Shown here piece after piece: positions 1 through 13,789 of a stretch of DNA of 64,000 bases. The stretch covers positions 1-64,000 of the forward strand of contig JBHGNT010000056.1 in NCBI GenBank assembly GCA_043228905.1, given 5' to 3'. A model generated the notes under the pieces. The model was not told the origin of the DNA. It was given only the letters and a program-made list of their open reading frames with translations, and searched no databases. The stretch comes from Azolla caroliniana. Its lineage: Eukaryota > Plantae > Polypodiophyta. Both the position numbers and the translations under genes were made by a program. Each line of letters starts with the position of its first letter. Position 1 is the stretch's first letter.

Positions 1-1499
1 AGGTATGACCATTTTAATTTACTCACTCGCTGGCCTCAACTCCCTCCTCCAACATGCTAATTTCCTCATGTCTTTCGACGTCAGTTTCAAAATCTTGATT
101 TTTTAATTCTATATCATAGCTAGCCTTGTTAGCTTCGATTCGCATGTTTGAACACAGAAATCCGATATCACACGAGCCTGGTATGACCATTTTAATTTAC
201 TCACTGGCTCTTCTCAACTCCCTCCTCAAATATGCTAATTTCTTCATGTCTCTCGACCTGAGTTTCAAAATCTCGATTTTTTAATTCTATATCATAGCTA
301 GCCTTGTTAGCTTCGATTTGCATGTTTGAACACAGAAATCCGATATCACACGAGCCAGGTATGACCATTTTAATTTACTCACTGGCTCTTCTCAACTCCC
401 TCCTCAAATATGCTAATTTCCTCATGTCTCTCGACCTGAGTTTCAAAATCTCGATTTTTTAAGTCTATATCATAGCTAGCCTTGTTAGTTTCGATTCGCA
501 TGTTTGAACACAGAAATCCGATATCACACGAGCCTGGTATGACCATTTTAATTTACTCACTCGCTCTTCTCAACTCCCTCCTCAAATATGCTAGTTTCTT
601 CATGTCTCTCGACCTGAGTTTCAAAATCACGATTTTTTAATTCTATATCATAGCTAGCCTTGTTAGATTCGATTCGCATGTTTGAACACAGAAATCCGAT
701 ATCACACGAGCCAGGTATGACCATTTTAATTTACTCACTCGCTGGCCTCAACTCCCTCCTCCAACATGCTAATTTCCTCATGTCTTTCGACGTCAGTTTC
801 AAAATCTTGATTTTTTAATTCTATATCATAGCTAGCCTTGTTAGCTTCGATTCGCATGTTTGAACACAGAAATCCGATATCACACGAGCCAGGTATGACC
901 ATTTTAATTTACTCACTCGCTCTTCTCAACTCCCTCCTCCAACATGCTAATTTCCTCATGTCTTTCGACGTCAGTTTCAAAATCTTGATTTTTTAATTCT
1001 ATATCATAGCTAGCCTTGTTAGCTTCGATTCGCATGTTTGAACACAGAAATCCGATATCACACGAGCCAGGTATGACCATTTTAATTTACTCGCTCGCGC
1101 TTCTCAACTCCCTCCTCCAGCATGCTAATTTCCTCATGTCTTTCGACGTCAGTTTCAAAATCTCGATTTTTTTATTCTATATCATTGCTAGCCTTGTTAG
1201 TTTCGATTCGCATGTTTGAACACAGAAATCCGATATCACACGAGCCAGGTATGACCATTTTAATTTACTCACACGCTCTTCTCAACTCCCTCCTCAAATA
1301 TGCTAATTTCTTCATGTCTCTCGACCTGAGTTTCAAAATCTCGATTTTTTTATTCTATATCATTGCTAGCCTTGTTAGTTTCGATTCGCATGTTTGAACA
1401 CAGAAATCCGATATCACACGAGCCAGGTATGACCATTTTAATTTACTCACACGCTCTTCTCAACTCCCTCCTCAAATATGCTAATTTCTTCATGTCTCC

Positions 1500-4400
1500 C
1501 GACCTGATTTTCAAAATCTCGATTTTTTAATTCTATATCATAGCTAGCCTTGTTAGCTTCGATTCGCATGTTTGAACACAGAAATCCGATATCACACGAG
1601 CCAGGTATGACCATTTTAATTTACTCACACGCTCTTCTCAACTCCCTCCTCAAATATGCTAATTTCTTCATGTCTCTCGACCTGAGTTTCAAAATCTCGA
1701 TTTTTTAATTCTATATCATAGCTAGCCTTGTTAGCTTCGATTTGCATGTTTGAACACAGAAATCCGATATCACACGAGCCAGGTATGACCATTTTAATTT
1801 ACTCACTGGCTCTTCTCAACTCCCTCCTCAAATATGCTAATTTCCTCATGTCTCTTGACCTGAGTTTCAAAATCTCGATTTTTTAAGTCTATATCATAGC
1901 TAGCCTTGTTAGTTTCGATTCGCATAATTGAACACAGAAATCCGATATCACACGAGCCTGGTATGACCATTTTAATTTACTCACTGGCTCTTCTCAACTC
2001 CCTCCTCAAATATGCTAATTTCTTCATGTCTCTCGACCTGAGTTTCAAAATCACGATTTTTTAATTCTATATCATAGCTAGCCTTGTTAGATTCGATTCG
2101 CATGTTTGAACACAGAAATCCGATATCACACGAGCCAGGTATGACCATTTTAATTTACTCACTCGCTCTTCTCAACTCCCTCCTCCAACATGCTAATTTC
2201 CTCATGTCTTTCGACGTCAGTTTCAAAATCTTGATTTTTTAATTCTATATCATAGCTAGCCTTGTTAGCTTCGATTCGCATGTTTGAACACAGAAATCCG
2301 ATATCACACGAGCCAGGTATGACCATTTTAATTTACTCACACGCTCTTCTCAACTCCCTCCTCAAATATGCTAATGTCCTCATGTCTCTTGACCTGAGTT
2401 TCAAAATCTCGATTTTTTAAGTCTATATCATAGCTAGCCTTGTTAGTTTCGATTCGCATGTTTGAACACAGAAATCCGATATCACACGAGCCAGGTATGA
2501 CCATTTTAATTTACTCACTGACTCTTCTCAACTCCCTCCTCAAATATGCTAATTTCCTCATGTCTCTCGACCTGAGTTTCAAAATCTCGATTTTTTAATT
2601 CTATATCATAGCTAGCCTTGTTAGTTTCGATTCGCATGTTTGAACACAGAAATCCGATATCACACGAGCCAGGTATGACCATTTTAATTTACTCACTCGC
2701 TCTTCTCAACTCCCTCCTCAAATATGCTAATTTCTTCATGTCTCTCGACCTGAGTTTCAAAATCTCGATTTTTTAATTCTATATCATAGCTAGCCGTGTT
2801 AGCTTCGATTTGCATGTTTGAACACAGAAATCCGATATCACACGAGCCAGGTATGACCAATTTAATTTACTCACTGGCTCTTCTCAACTCCCTCCTCAAA
2901 TATGCTAATTTCCTCATGTCTCTCACCTGAGTTTCGAAATCTCGATTTTTTAATTCTATATCATAGCTAGCCTTGTTAGTTTCGATTCGCATGTTTGAAC
3001 ACAGAAATCCGATATCACACGAGCCAGGTATGACCATTTTAATTTACTCACACGCTCTTCTCAACTCCCTCCTCAAATATGCTAATTTCTTCATGTCTCT
3101 CGACCTGAGTTTCAAAATCTCGATTTTTTAATTCTATATCATAGCTAGCCTTGTTAGCTTCGATTTGCATGTTTGAACACAGAAATCCGATATCACACGA
3201 GCCAGGTATGACCATTTTAATTTACTCACTGGCTCTTCTCAACTCCCTCCTCAAATATGCTAATTTCCTCATGTCTCTTGACCTGAGTTTCAAAATCTCG
3301 ATTTTTTAAGTCTATATCATAGCTAGCCTTGTTAGTTTCGATTCGCATGTTTGAACACAGAAATCCGATATCACACGAGCCTGGTATGACCATTTTAATT
3401 TACTCACTGGCTCTTCTCAACTCCCTCCTCAAATATGCTAATTTCTTCATGTCTCTCGACCTGAGTTTCAAAATCACGATTTTTTAATTCTATATCATAG
3501 CTAGCCTTGTTAGATTCGATTCGCATGTTTGAACACAGAAATCCGATATCACACGAGCCAGGTATGACCATTTTAATTTACTCACTCGCTGGCCTCAACT
3601 CCCTCCTCCAACATGCTAATTTCCTCATGTCTTTCGACGTCAGTTTCAAAATCTTGATTTTTTAATTCTATATCATAGCTAGCCTTGTTAGCTTCGATTC
3701 GCATGTTTGAACACAGAAATCCGATATCACACGAGCCAGGTATGACCATTTTAATTTACTCACACGCTCTTCTCAACTCCCTCCTCAAATATGCTAATTT
3801 CTTCATGTCTCTCGACCTGAGTTTCAAAATCTCGATTTTTTAATTCTATATCATAGCTAGCCTTGTTAGCTTCGATTTGCATGTTTGAACACAGAAATCC
3901 GATATCACACGAGCCAGGTATGACCATTTTAATTTACTCACTGGCTCTTCTCAACTCCCTCCTCAAATATGCTAATTTCCTCATGTCTCTCGACCTGATT
4001 TTCAAAATCTCGATTTTTTAATTCTATATCATAGCTAGCCTTGTTAGCTTCGATTCGCATGTTTGAACACAGAAATCCGATATCACACGAGCCAGGTATG
4101 ACCATTTTAATTTACTCACACGCTCTTCTCAACTCCCTCCTCAAATATGCTAATTTCTTCATGTCTCTCGACCTGAGTTTCAAAATCTCGATTTTTTAAT
4201 TCTATATCATAGCTAGCCTTGTTAGCTTCGATTTGCATGTTTGAACACAGAAATCCGATATCACACGAGCCAGGTATGACCATTTTAATTTACTCACTGG
4301 CTCTTCTCAACTCCCTCCTCAAATATGCTAATTTCCTCATGTCTCTTGACCTGAGTTTCAAAATCTCGATTTTTTAAGTCTATATCATAGCTAGCCTTGT

Positions 4401-6330
4401 TAGTTTCGATTCGCATAATTGAACACAGAAATCCGATATCACACGAGCCTGGTATGACCATTTTAATTTACTCACTGGCTCTTCTCAACTCCCTCCTCAA
4501 ATATGCTAATTTCTTCATGTCTCTCGACCTGAGTTTCAAAATCACGATTTTTTAATTCTATATCATAGCTAGCCTTGTTAGATTCGATTCGCATGTTTGA
4601 ACACAGAAATCCGATATCACACGAGCCAGGTATGACCATTTTAATTTACTCACTCGCTCTTCTCAACTCCCTCCTCCAACATGCTAATTTCCTCATGTCT
4701 TTCGACGTCAGTTTCAAAATCTTGATTTTTTAATTCTATATCATAGCTAGCCTTGTTAGCTTCGATTCGCATGTTTGAACACAGAAATCCGATATCACAC
4801 GAGCCAGGTATGACCATTTTAATTTACTCACACGCTCTTCTCAACTCCCTCCTCAAATATGCTAATGTCCTCATGTCTCTTGACCTGAGTTTCAAAATCT
4901 CGATTTTTTAAGTCTATATCATAGCTAGCCTTGTTAGTTTCGATTCGCATGTTTGAACACAGAAATCCGATATCACACGAGCCAGGTATGACCATTTTAA
5001 TTTACTCACTGACTCTTCTCAACTCCCTCCTCAAATATGCTAATTTCCTCATGTCTCTCGACCTGAGTTTCAAAATCTCGATTTTTTAATTCTATATCAT
5101 AGCTAGCCTTGTTAGTTTCGATTCGCATGTTTGAACACAGAAATCCGATATCACACGAGCCAGGTATGACCATTTTAATTTACTCACTCGCTCTTCTCAA
5201 CTCCCTCCTCAAATATGCTAATTTCTTCATGTCTCTCGACCTGAGTTTCAAAATCTCGATTTTTTAATTCTATATCATAGCTAGCCGTGTTAGCTTCGAT
5301 TTGCATGTTTGAACACAGAAATCCGATATCACACGAGCCAGGTATGACCAATTTAATTTACTCACTGGCTCTTCTCAACTCCCTCCTCAAATATGCTAAT
5401 TTCCTCATGTCTCTCACCTGAGTTTCGAAATCTCGATTTTTTAATTCTATATCATAGCTAGCCTTGTTAGTTTCGATTCGCATGTTTGAACACAGAAATC
5501 CGATATCACACGAGCCAGGTATGACCATTTTAATTTACTCACACGCTCTTCTCAACTCCCTCCTCAAATATGCTAATTTCTTCATGTCTCTCGACCTGAG
5601 TTTCAAAATCTCGATTTTTTAATTCTATATCATAGCTAGCCTTGTTAGCTTCGATTTGCATGTTTGAACACAGAAATCCGATATCACACGAGCCAGGTAT
5701 GACCATTTTAATTTACTCACTGGCTCTTCTCAACTCCCTCCTCAAATATGCTAATTTCCTCATGTCTCTTGACCTGAGTTTCAAAATCTCGATTTTTTAA
5801 GTCTATATCATAGCTAGCCTTGTTAGTTTCGATTCGCATGTTTGAACACAGAAATCCGATATCACACGAGCCTGGTATGACCATTTTAATTTACTCACTG
5901 GCTCTTCTCAACTCCCTCCTCAAATATGCTAATTTCTTCATGTCTCTCGACCTGAGTTTCAAAATCACGATTTTTTAATTCTATATCATAGCTAGCCTTG
6001 TTAGATTCGATTCGCATGTTTGAACACAGAAATCCGATATCACACGAGCCAGGTATGACCATTTTAATTTACTCACTCGCTGGCCTCAACTCCCTCCTCC
6101 AACATGCTAATTTCCTCATGTCTTTCGACGTCAGTTTCAAAATCTTGATTTTTTAATTCTATATCATAGCTAGCCTTGTTAGCTTCGATTCGCATGTTTG
6201 AACACAGAAATCCGATATCACACGAGCCAGGTATGACCATTTTAATTTACTCACACGCTCTTCTCAACTCCCTCCTCAAATATGCTAATTTCTTCATGTC
6301 TCTCGACCTGAGTTTCAAAATCTCGATTTT
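1500..6330. repeat. 14-mer higher-order repeat, period 2491 bp (about 2 copies)
   Basis: Rare variants recur at +2491 (14x178-1): GACCTGATTT at 1501/3992, CGCATAATTG at 1921/4412, and the deletion TCTCACC at 2925/5416. Confidence 0.93.
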
Positions 6331-9300
6331 TTTATTCTATATCATTGCTAGCCTTGTTAGTTTCGATTCGCATGTTTGAACACAGAAATCCGATATCACA
6401 CGAGCCAGGTATGACCATTTTAATTTACTCACACGCTCTTCTCAACTCCCTCCTCAAATATGCTAATTTCTTCATGTCTCTCGACCTGAGTTTCAAAATC
6501 TCGATTTTTTAATTCTATATCATAGCTAGCCTTATTAGTTTCGATTCGCATGTTTGAACACAGAAATCCGATATCACACGAGCCAGGTATGACCATTTTA
6601 ATTTACTCACACGCTCTTCTCAACTCCCTCCTCAAATATGCTAATTTCTTCATGTCTCTCGACCTGAGTTTCAAAATCTCGATTTTTTAATTCTATATCA
6701 TAGCTAGCCTTGTTAGCTTCGATTTGCATGTTTGAACACAGAAATCCGATATCACACAAGCCAGGTATGACCATTTTAATTTACTCACTGGCTCTTCTCA
6801 ACTCCCTCCTCAAATATGCTAATGTCCTCATGTCTCTTGACCTGAGTTTCAAAATCTCGATTTTTTAAGTCTATATCATAGCTAGCCTTGTTAGTTTCGA
6901 TTCGCATGTTTGAACACAGAAATCCGATATCACACGAGCCTGGTATGACCATTTTAATTTACTCACACGCTCTTCTCAACTCCCTCCTCAAATATGCTAA
7001 TTTCTTCATGTCTCTCGACCTGAGTTTCAAAATCTCGATTTTTTAATTCTATATCATAGCTAGCCTTGTTAGCTTCGATTCACATGTTTGAACACAGAAA
7101 TCCGATATCACACGAGCCTGGTATGACCATTTTAATTTACTCACTGGCTCTTCTCAACTCCCTCCTCAAATATGCTAATTTCTTCATGTCTCTCGACCTG
7201 AGTTTCAAAATCTCGATTTTTTAATTCTATATCATAGCTAGCCTTGTTAGCTTCGATTTGCATGTTTGAACACAGAAATCCGATATCACACGAGCCAGGT
7301 ATGACCATTTTAATTTACTCACTGGCTCTTCTCAACTCCCTCCTCAAATATGCTAATTTCCTCATGTCTCTTGACCTGAGTTTCAAAATCTCGATTTTTT
7401 AAGTCTATATCATAGCTAGCCTTGTTAGTTTCGATTCGCATGTTTGAACACAGAAATCCGATATCACACGAGCCTGGTATGACCATTTTAATTTACTCAC
7501 TGGCTCTTCTCAACTCCCTCCTCAAATATGCTAATTTCTTCATGTCTCTCGACCTGAGTTTCAAAATCACGATTTTTTAATTCTATATCATAGCTAGCCT
7601 TGTTAGATTCGATTCGCATGTTTGAACACAGAAATCCGATATCACACGAGCCAGGTATGACCATTTTAATTTACTCACTCGCTCTTCTCAACTCCCTCCT
7701 CCAACATGCTAATTTCCTCATGTCTTTCGACGTCAGTTTCAAAATCTTGATTTTTTAATTCTATATCATAGCTAGCCTTGTTAGCTTCGATTCGCATGTT
7801 TGAACACAGAAATCCGATATCACACGAGCCAGGTATGACCATTTTAATTTACTCACACGCTCTTCTCAACTCCCTCCTCAAATATGCTAATTTCCTCATG
7901 TCTCTTGACCTGAGTTTCAAAATCTCGATTTTTTAATTCTATATCATTGCTAGCCTTGTTAGTTTCGATTCGCATGTTTGAACACAGAAATCCGATATCA
8001 CACGAGCCAGGTATGACCATTTTAATTTACTCACACGCTCTTCTCAACTCCCTCCTCAAATATGCTAATTTCTTCATGTCTCTCGACCTGAGTTTCAAAA
8101 TCTCGATTTTTTAATACTATATCATAGCTAGCCTTGTTAGCTTCGATTCGCATGTTTGAACACAGAAATCCGATATCACACGAGCCTGGTATGACCATTT
8201 TAATTTACTCACTGGCTCTTCTCAACTCCCTCCTCAAATATGCTAATTTCTTCATGTCTCTCGACCTGAGTTTCAAAATCACGATTTTTTAATTCTATAT
8301 CATAGCTAGCCTTGTTATCTTCGATTTGCATGTTTGAACACAGAAATCCGATATCACACGAGCCAGGTATGACCATTTTAATTTACTCACTGGCTCTTCT
8401 CAACTCCCTCCTCAAATATGCTAATTTCCTCATGTCTCTTGACCTGAGTTTCAAAATCTCGATTTTTTAAGTCTATATCATAGCTAGCCTTGTTAGTTTC
8501 GATTCGCATGTTTGAACACAGAAATCCGATATCACACGAGCCTGGTATGACCATTTTAATTTACTCACTGGCTCTTCTCAACTCCCTCCTCAAATATGCT
8601 AATTTCTTCATGTCTCTCGACCTGAGTTTCAAAATCACGATTTTTTAATTCTATATCATAGCTAGCCTTGTTAGATTCGATTCGCATGTTTGAACACAGA
8701 AATCCGATATCACACGAGCCAGGTATGACCATTTTAATTTACTCACTCGCTGGCCTCAACTCCCTCCTCCAACATGCTAATTTCCTCATGTCTTTCGACG
8801 TCAGTTTCAAAATCTTGATTTTTTAATTCTATATCATAGCTAGCCTTGTTAGCTTCGATTCGCATGTTTGAACACAGAAATCCGATATCACACGAGCCAG
8901 GTATGACCATTTTAATTTACTCACACGCTCTTCTCAACTCCCTCCTCAAATATGCTAATTTCTTCATGTCTCTCGACCTGAGTTTCAAAATCTCGATTTT
9001 TTTATTCTATATCATTGCTAGCCTTGTTAGTTTCGATTCGCATGTTTGAACACAGAAATCCGATATCACACGAGCCAGGTATGACCATTTTAATTTACTC
9101 ACACGCTCTTCTCAACTCCCTCCTCAAATATGCTAATTTCTTCATGTCTCTCGACCTGAGTTTCAAAATCTCGATTTTTTAATTCTATATCATAGCTAGC
9201 CTTATTAGTTTCGATTCGCATGTTTGAACACAGAAATCCGATATCACACGAGCCAGGTATGACCATTTTAATTTACTCACACGCTCTTCTCAACTCCCTC

Positions 9301-9610
9301 CTCAAATATGCTAATTTCTTCATGTCTCTCGACCTGAGTTTCAAAATCTCGATTTTTTAATTCTATATCATAGCTAGCCTTGTTAGCTTCGATTTGCATG
9401 TTTGAACACAGAAATCCGATATCACACAAGCCAGGTATGACCATTTTAATTTACTCACTGGCTCTTCTCAACTCCCTCCTCAAATATGCTAATGTCCTCA
9501 TGTCTCTTGACCTGAGTTTCAAAATCTCGATTTTTTAAGTCTATATCATAGCTAGCCTTGTTAGTTTCTATTCGCATGTTTGAACACAGAAATCCGATAT
9601 CACACGAGCC
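5695..9610. repeat. 7-monomer block (5695-6940) repeated at 8365-9610, offset 2670 bp (15 monomers)
   Basis: CTTATTAG at 6531/9201, CACACAAG near 6758/9428, the AATGTCC variant, and ORFs at 6176/8846 all show the 2670 offset. Confidence 0.88.
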
Positions 9611-12600
9611 TGGTATGACCATTTTAATTTACTCACTGGCTCTTCTCAACTCCCTCCTCAAATATGCTAATTTCTTCATGTCTCTCGACCTGAGTTTCAA
9701 AATCACGATTTTTTAATTCTATATCATAGCTAGCCTTGTTAGTTTCGATTCGCATGTTTGAACACAGAAATCCGATATCACACGAGCCAGGTATGACCAT
9801 TTTAATTTACTCACTCGCTGGCCTCAACTCCCTCCTCCAACATGCTAATTTCCTCATGTCTTTCGACGTCAGTTTCAAAATCTTGATTTTTTAATTCTAT
9901 ATCATAGCTAGCCTTGTTAGCTTCGATTCGCATGTTTGAACACAGAAATCCGATATCACACGAGCCAGGTATGACCATTTTAATTTACTCACACGCTCTT
10001 CTCAACTCCCTCCTCAAATATGCTAATTTCTTCATGTCTCTCGACCTGAGTTTCAAAATCTCGATTTTTTTATTCTATATCATTGCTAGCCTTGTTAGTT
10101 TCGATTCGCATGTTTGAACACAGAAATCCGATATCACACGAGCCAGGTATGACCATTTTAATTTACTCACACGCTCTTCTCAACTCCCTCCTCAAATATG
10201 CTAATTTCTTCATGTCTCTCGACCTGAGTTTCAAAATCTCGATTTTTTAATTCTATATCATAGCTAGCCTTGTTAGCTTCGATTCGCATGTTTGAACACA
10301 GAAATCCGATATCACACGAGCCTGGTATGACCATTTTAATTTACTCACTGGCTCTTCTCAACTCCCTCCTCAAATATGCTAATTTCTTCATGTCTCTCGA
10401 CCTGAGTTTCAAAATCACGATTTTTTAATTCTATATCATAGCTAGCCTTGTTAGATTCGATTCGCATGTTTGAACACAGAAATCCGATATCACACGAGCC
10501 AGGTATGACCATTTTAATTTACTCACTCGCTGGCCTCAACTCCCTCCTCCAACATGCTAATTTCCTCATGTCTTTCGACGTCAGTTTCAAAATCTTGATT
10601 TTTTAATTCTATATCATAGCTAGCCTTGTTAGCTTCGATTCGCATGTTTGAACACAGAAATCCGATATCACACGAGCCAGGTATGACCATTTTAATTTAC
10701 TCACACGCTCTTCTCAACTCCCTCCTCAAATATGCTAATTTCTTCATGTCTCTCGACCTGAGTTTCAAAATCTCGATTTTTTAATTCTATATCATAGCTA
10801 GCCTTGTTAGCTTCGATTTGCATGTTTGAACACAGAAATCCGATATCACACGAGCCAGGTATGACCATTTTAATTTACTCACTCGCTCTTCTCAACTCCC
10901 TCCTCAAATATGCTAATTTCCTCATGTCTCTCGACCTGAGTTTCAAAATCTCGATTTTTTTATTCTATATCATAGCTAGCCTTGTTAGTTTCGATTCGCA
11001 TGTTTGAACACAGAAATCCGATATCACACGAGCCAGGTATGACCATTTTAATTTACTCACACGCTCTTCTCAACTCCCTCCTCAAATATGCTAATTTCTT
11101 CATGTCTCTCGACCTGAGTTTCAAAATCTCGATTTTTTAATACTATATCATAGCTAGCCTTGTTAGCTTCGATTTGCATGTTTGAACACAGAAATCCGAT
11201 ATCACACGAGCCAGGTATGACCATTTTAATTTACTCACACGCTCTTCTCAACTCCCTCCTCAAATATGCTAATTTCTTCATGTCTCTCGACCTGAGTTTC
11301 AAAATCTCGATTTTTTAATTGTATATCATAGCTAGCCTTGTTAGCTTCGATTTGCATGTTTGAACACAGAAATCCGATATCACACGAGCCAGGTATGACC
11401 ATTTTAATTTACTCACTAGCTCTTCTCAACTCCCTCCTCAAATATGCTAATTTCCTCATGTCTCTGGACCTGAGTTTCAAAATCTCGATTTTTTAAGTCT
11501 ATATCATAGCTAGCCTTGTTAGTTTCGATTCGCATGTTTGAACACAGAAATCCGATATCACACGAGCCTGGTATGACCATTTTAATTTACTCACTCGCTC
11601 TTCTCAACTCCCTCCTCAAATATGCTAATTTCCTCATCTCTCTCGACCTGAGTTTCAAAATCTCGATTTTTTAATTCTATATCATAGCTAGCGTTCTTAG
11701 TTTCGATTTGCATGTTTGAACACAGAAATCAGATATCACACGAGCCAGGTATGACCATTTTAATTTACTCACTCGCTCTTCTCAACTCCCTCGTCCAACA
11801 TGCTAATTTCCTCATGTCTCTCGACCTGAGTTTCAAAATCACGATTTTTTAAGTCTATATCATAGCTAGCCTTGTTAGTTTCGATTCGCATGTTTGAACA
11901 CAGAAATCCGATATCACACGAGCCAGGTATGACCATTTTAATTTACTCACTGGCTCTTCTCAACTCCCTCCTCAAATATGCTAATTTCCTCATGTCTGTC
12001 GACCTGAGTTTCAAAATCACGATTTTTTAAGTCTATATCATAGCTAGCCTTGTTAGTTTCGATTCGCATGTTTGAACACAGAAATCCGATATCACACGAG
12101 CCAGGTATGACCATTTTAATTTACTCACTCGCTCTTCTCAACTCCCTCCTCAAATATGCTAATTTCTTCATGTCTCTCGACCGGAGTTTCAAAATCTCGA
12201 TTTTTTTATTCTATATCATAGCTAGCCTTGTTAGTTTCGATTCGCATGTTTGAACACAGAAATCCGATATCACACGAGCCAGGTATGACCATTTTAATTT
12301 ACTCACACGCTCTTCTCAACTCCCTCCTCAAATATGCTAATTTCTTCATGTCTCTCGACCTGAGTTTCAAAATCTCGATTTTTTAATACTATATCATAGC
12401 TAGCCTTGTTAGCTTCGATTCGCATGTTTGAACACAGAAATCCGATATCACACGAGCCAGGTATGACCATTTTAATTTACTCACACGCTCTTCTCAACTC
12501 CCTCCTCAAATATGCTAATTTCTTCATGTCTCTCGACCTGAGTTTCAAAATCTCGATTTTTTAATACTATATCATAGCTAGCCTTGTTAGCTTCGATTCG

Positions 12601-13789
12601 CATGTTTGAACACAGAAATCCGATATCACACGAGCCAGGTATGACCATTTTAATTTACTCACACGCTCTTCTCAACTCCCTCCTCAAATATGCTAATTTC
12701 TTCATGTCTCTCGACCTGAGTTTCAAAATCTCGATTTTTTTATTATATATCATAGCTAGCCTTGTTAGCTTCGATTTGCATGTTTGAACACAGAAATCCG
12801 ATATCACACAAGCCAGGTATGACCATTTTAATTTACTCACTCGCTCTTCTCAACTCCCTCCTCAAATATGCTAATTTCCTCATGTCTCTTGACCTGAGTT
12901 TCAAAATCTCGATTTTTTAAGTCTATATCATAGCTAGCCTTGTTAGTTTCGATTCGCATGTTTGAACACAGAAATCCGATATCACACGAGCCTGGTATGA
13001 CCATTTTAATTTACTCACTCGCTCTTCTCAACTCCCTCCTCAAATATGCTAATTTCCTCATGTCTCTCGACCTGAGTTTGAAAATCACGATTTTTTAATT
13101 CTATATCATAGCTAGCCTTGTTAGATTCGATTCGCATGTTTGAACACAGAAATCCGATATCACACGAGCCAGGTATGACCATTTTAATTTACTCACTCGC
13201 TCTTCTCAACTCCCTCCTCCAACATGCTAATTTCCTCATGTCTTTCGACGTCAGTTTCAAAATTTTGATTTTTTAATTCTATATCCTAGCTAGCCTTGTT
13301 AGCTTCGATTCGCATGTTTGAACACAGAAATCCGATATCACACGAGCCAGGTATGACCATTTTAATTTACTCACTGGCTCTTCTCAACTCCCTCCTCAAA
13401 TATGCTAATTTCCTCATGTCTCTCGACCTGAGTTTCAAAATCTCGATTTTTTAATTCTATATCATAGCTAGCCTTGTTAGTTTCGATTCGCATGTTTGAA
13501 CACAAAAATCCGATATCACACGAGCCAGGTATGACCATTTTAATTTACTCACTCGCTCTTCTCAACTCCTTCCTCCAACATGCTAATTTCCTCATGTCTT
13601 TCGACTTCAGTTTCAAAAACTTGATTTTTTAATTTTATATCATAGCTATCCTTGTTAGCTTCGATTTGCATGTTTGAACACAGAAATCCTATATCACACG
13701 AGCCAGGTATGACCATTTTAATTTACTCACTGGCTCTTCTCAACTCCCTCCTCAAATATGCTAATTTCTTCATGTCTCTCGACCTGAGT

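Noticed and set aside
41-50. Shine-Dalgarno-like GAGGAGG on the minus strand
   Set aside because: It is part of the purine/pyrimidine-biased tract in every monomer and is not positioned upstream of a credible ORF.
130-150. CENP-B box suggested by TTCG motifs
   Set aside because: The required TTCG-N4-A-N2-CGGG pattern is absent, and the consensus has no CGGG on either strand.
1-178. Identity with Arabidopsis CEN178 or primate alpha satellite
   Set aside because: The length matches CEN178, but the monomer lacks the HindIII AAGCTT site and the AAGCTTTGAGAAGCAAGAAG motif that I recall for that family. It does not resemble 171-bp alpha satellite either. This is from memory, so a BLAST search is needed to be definitive.
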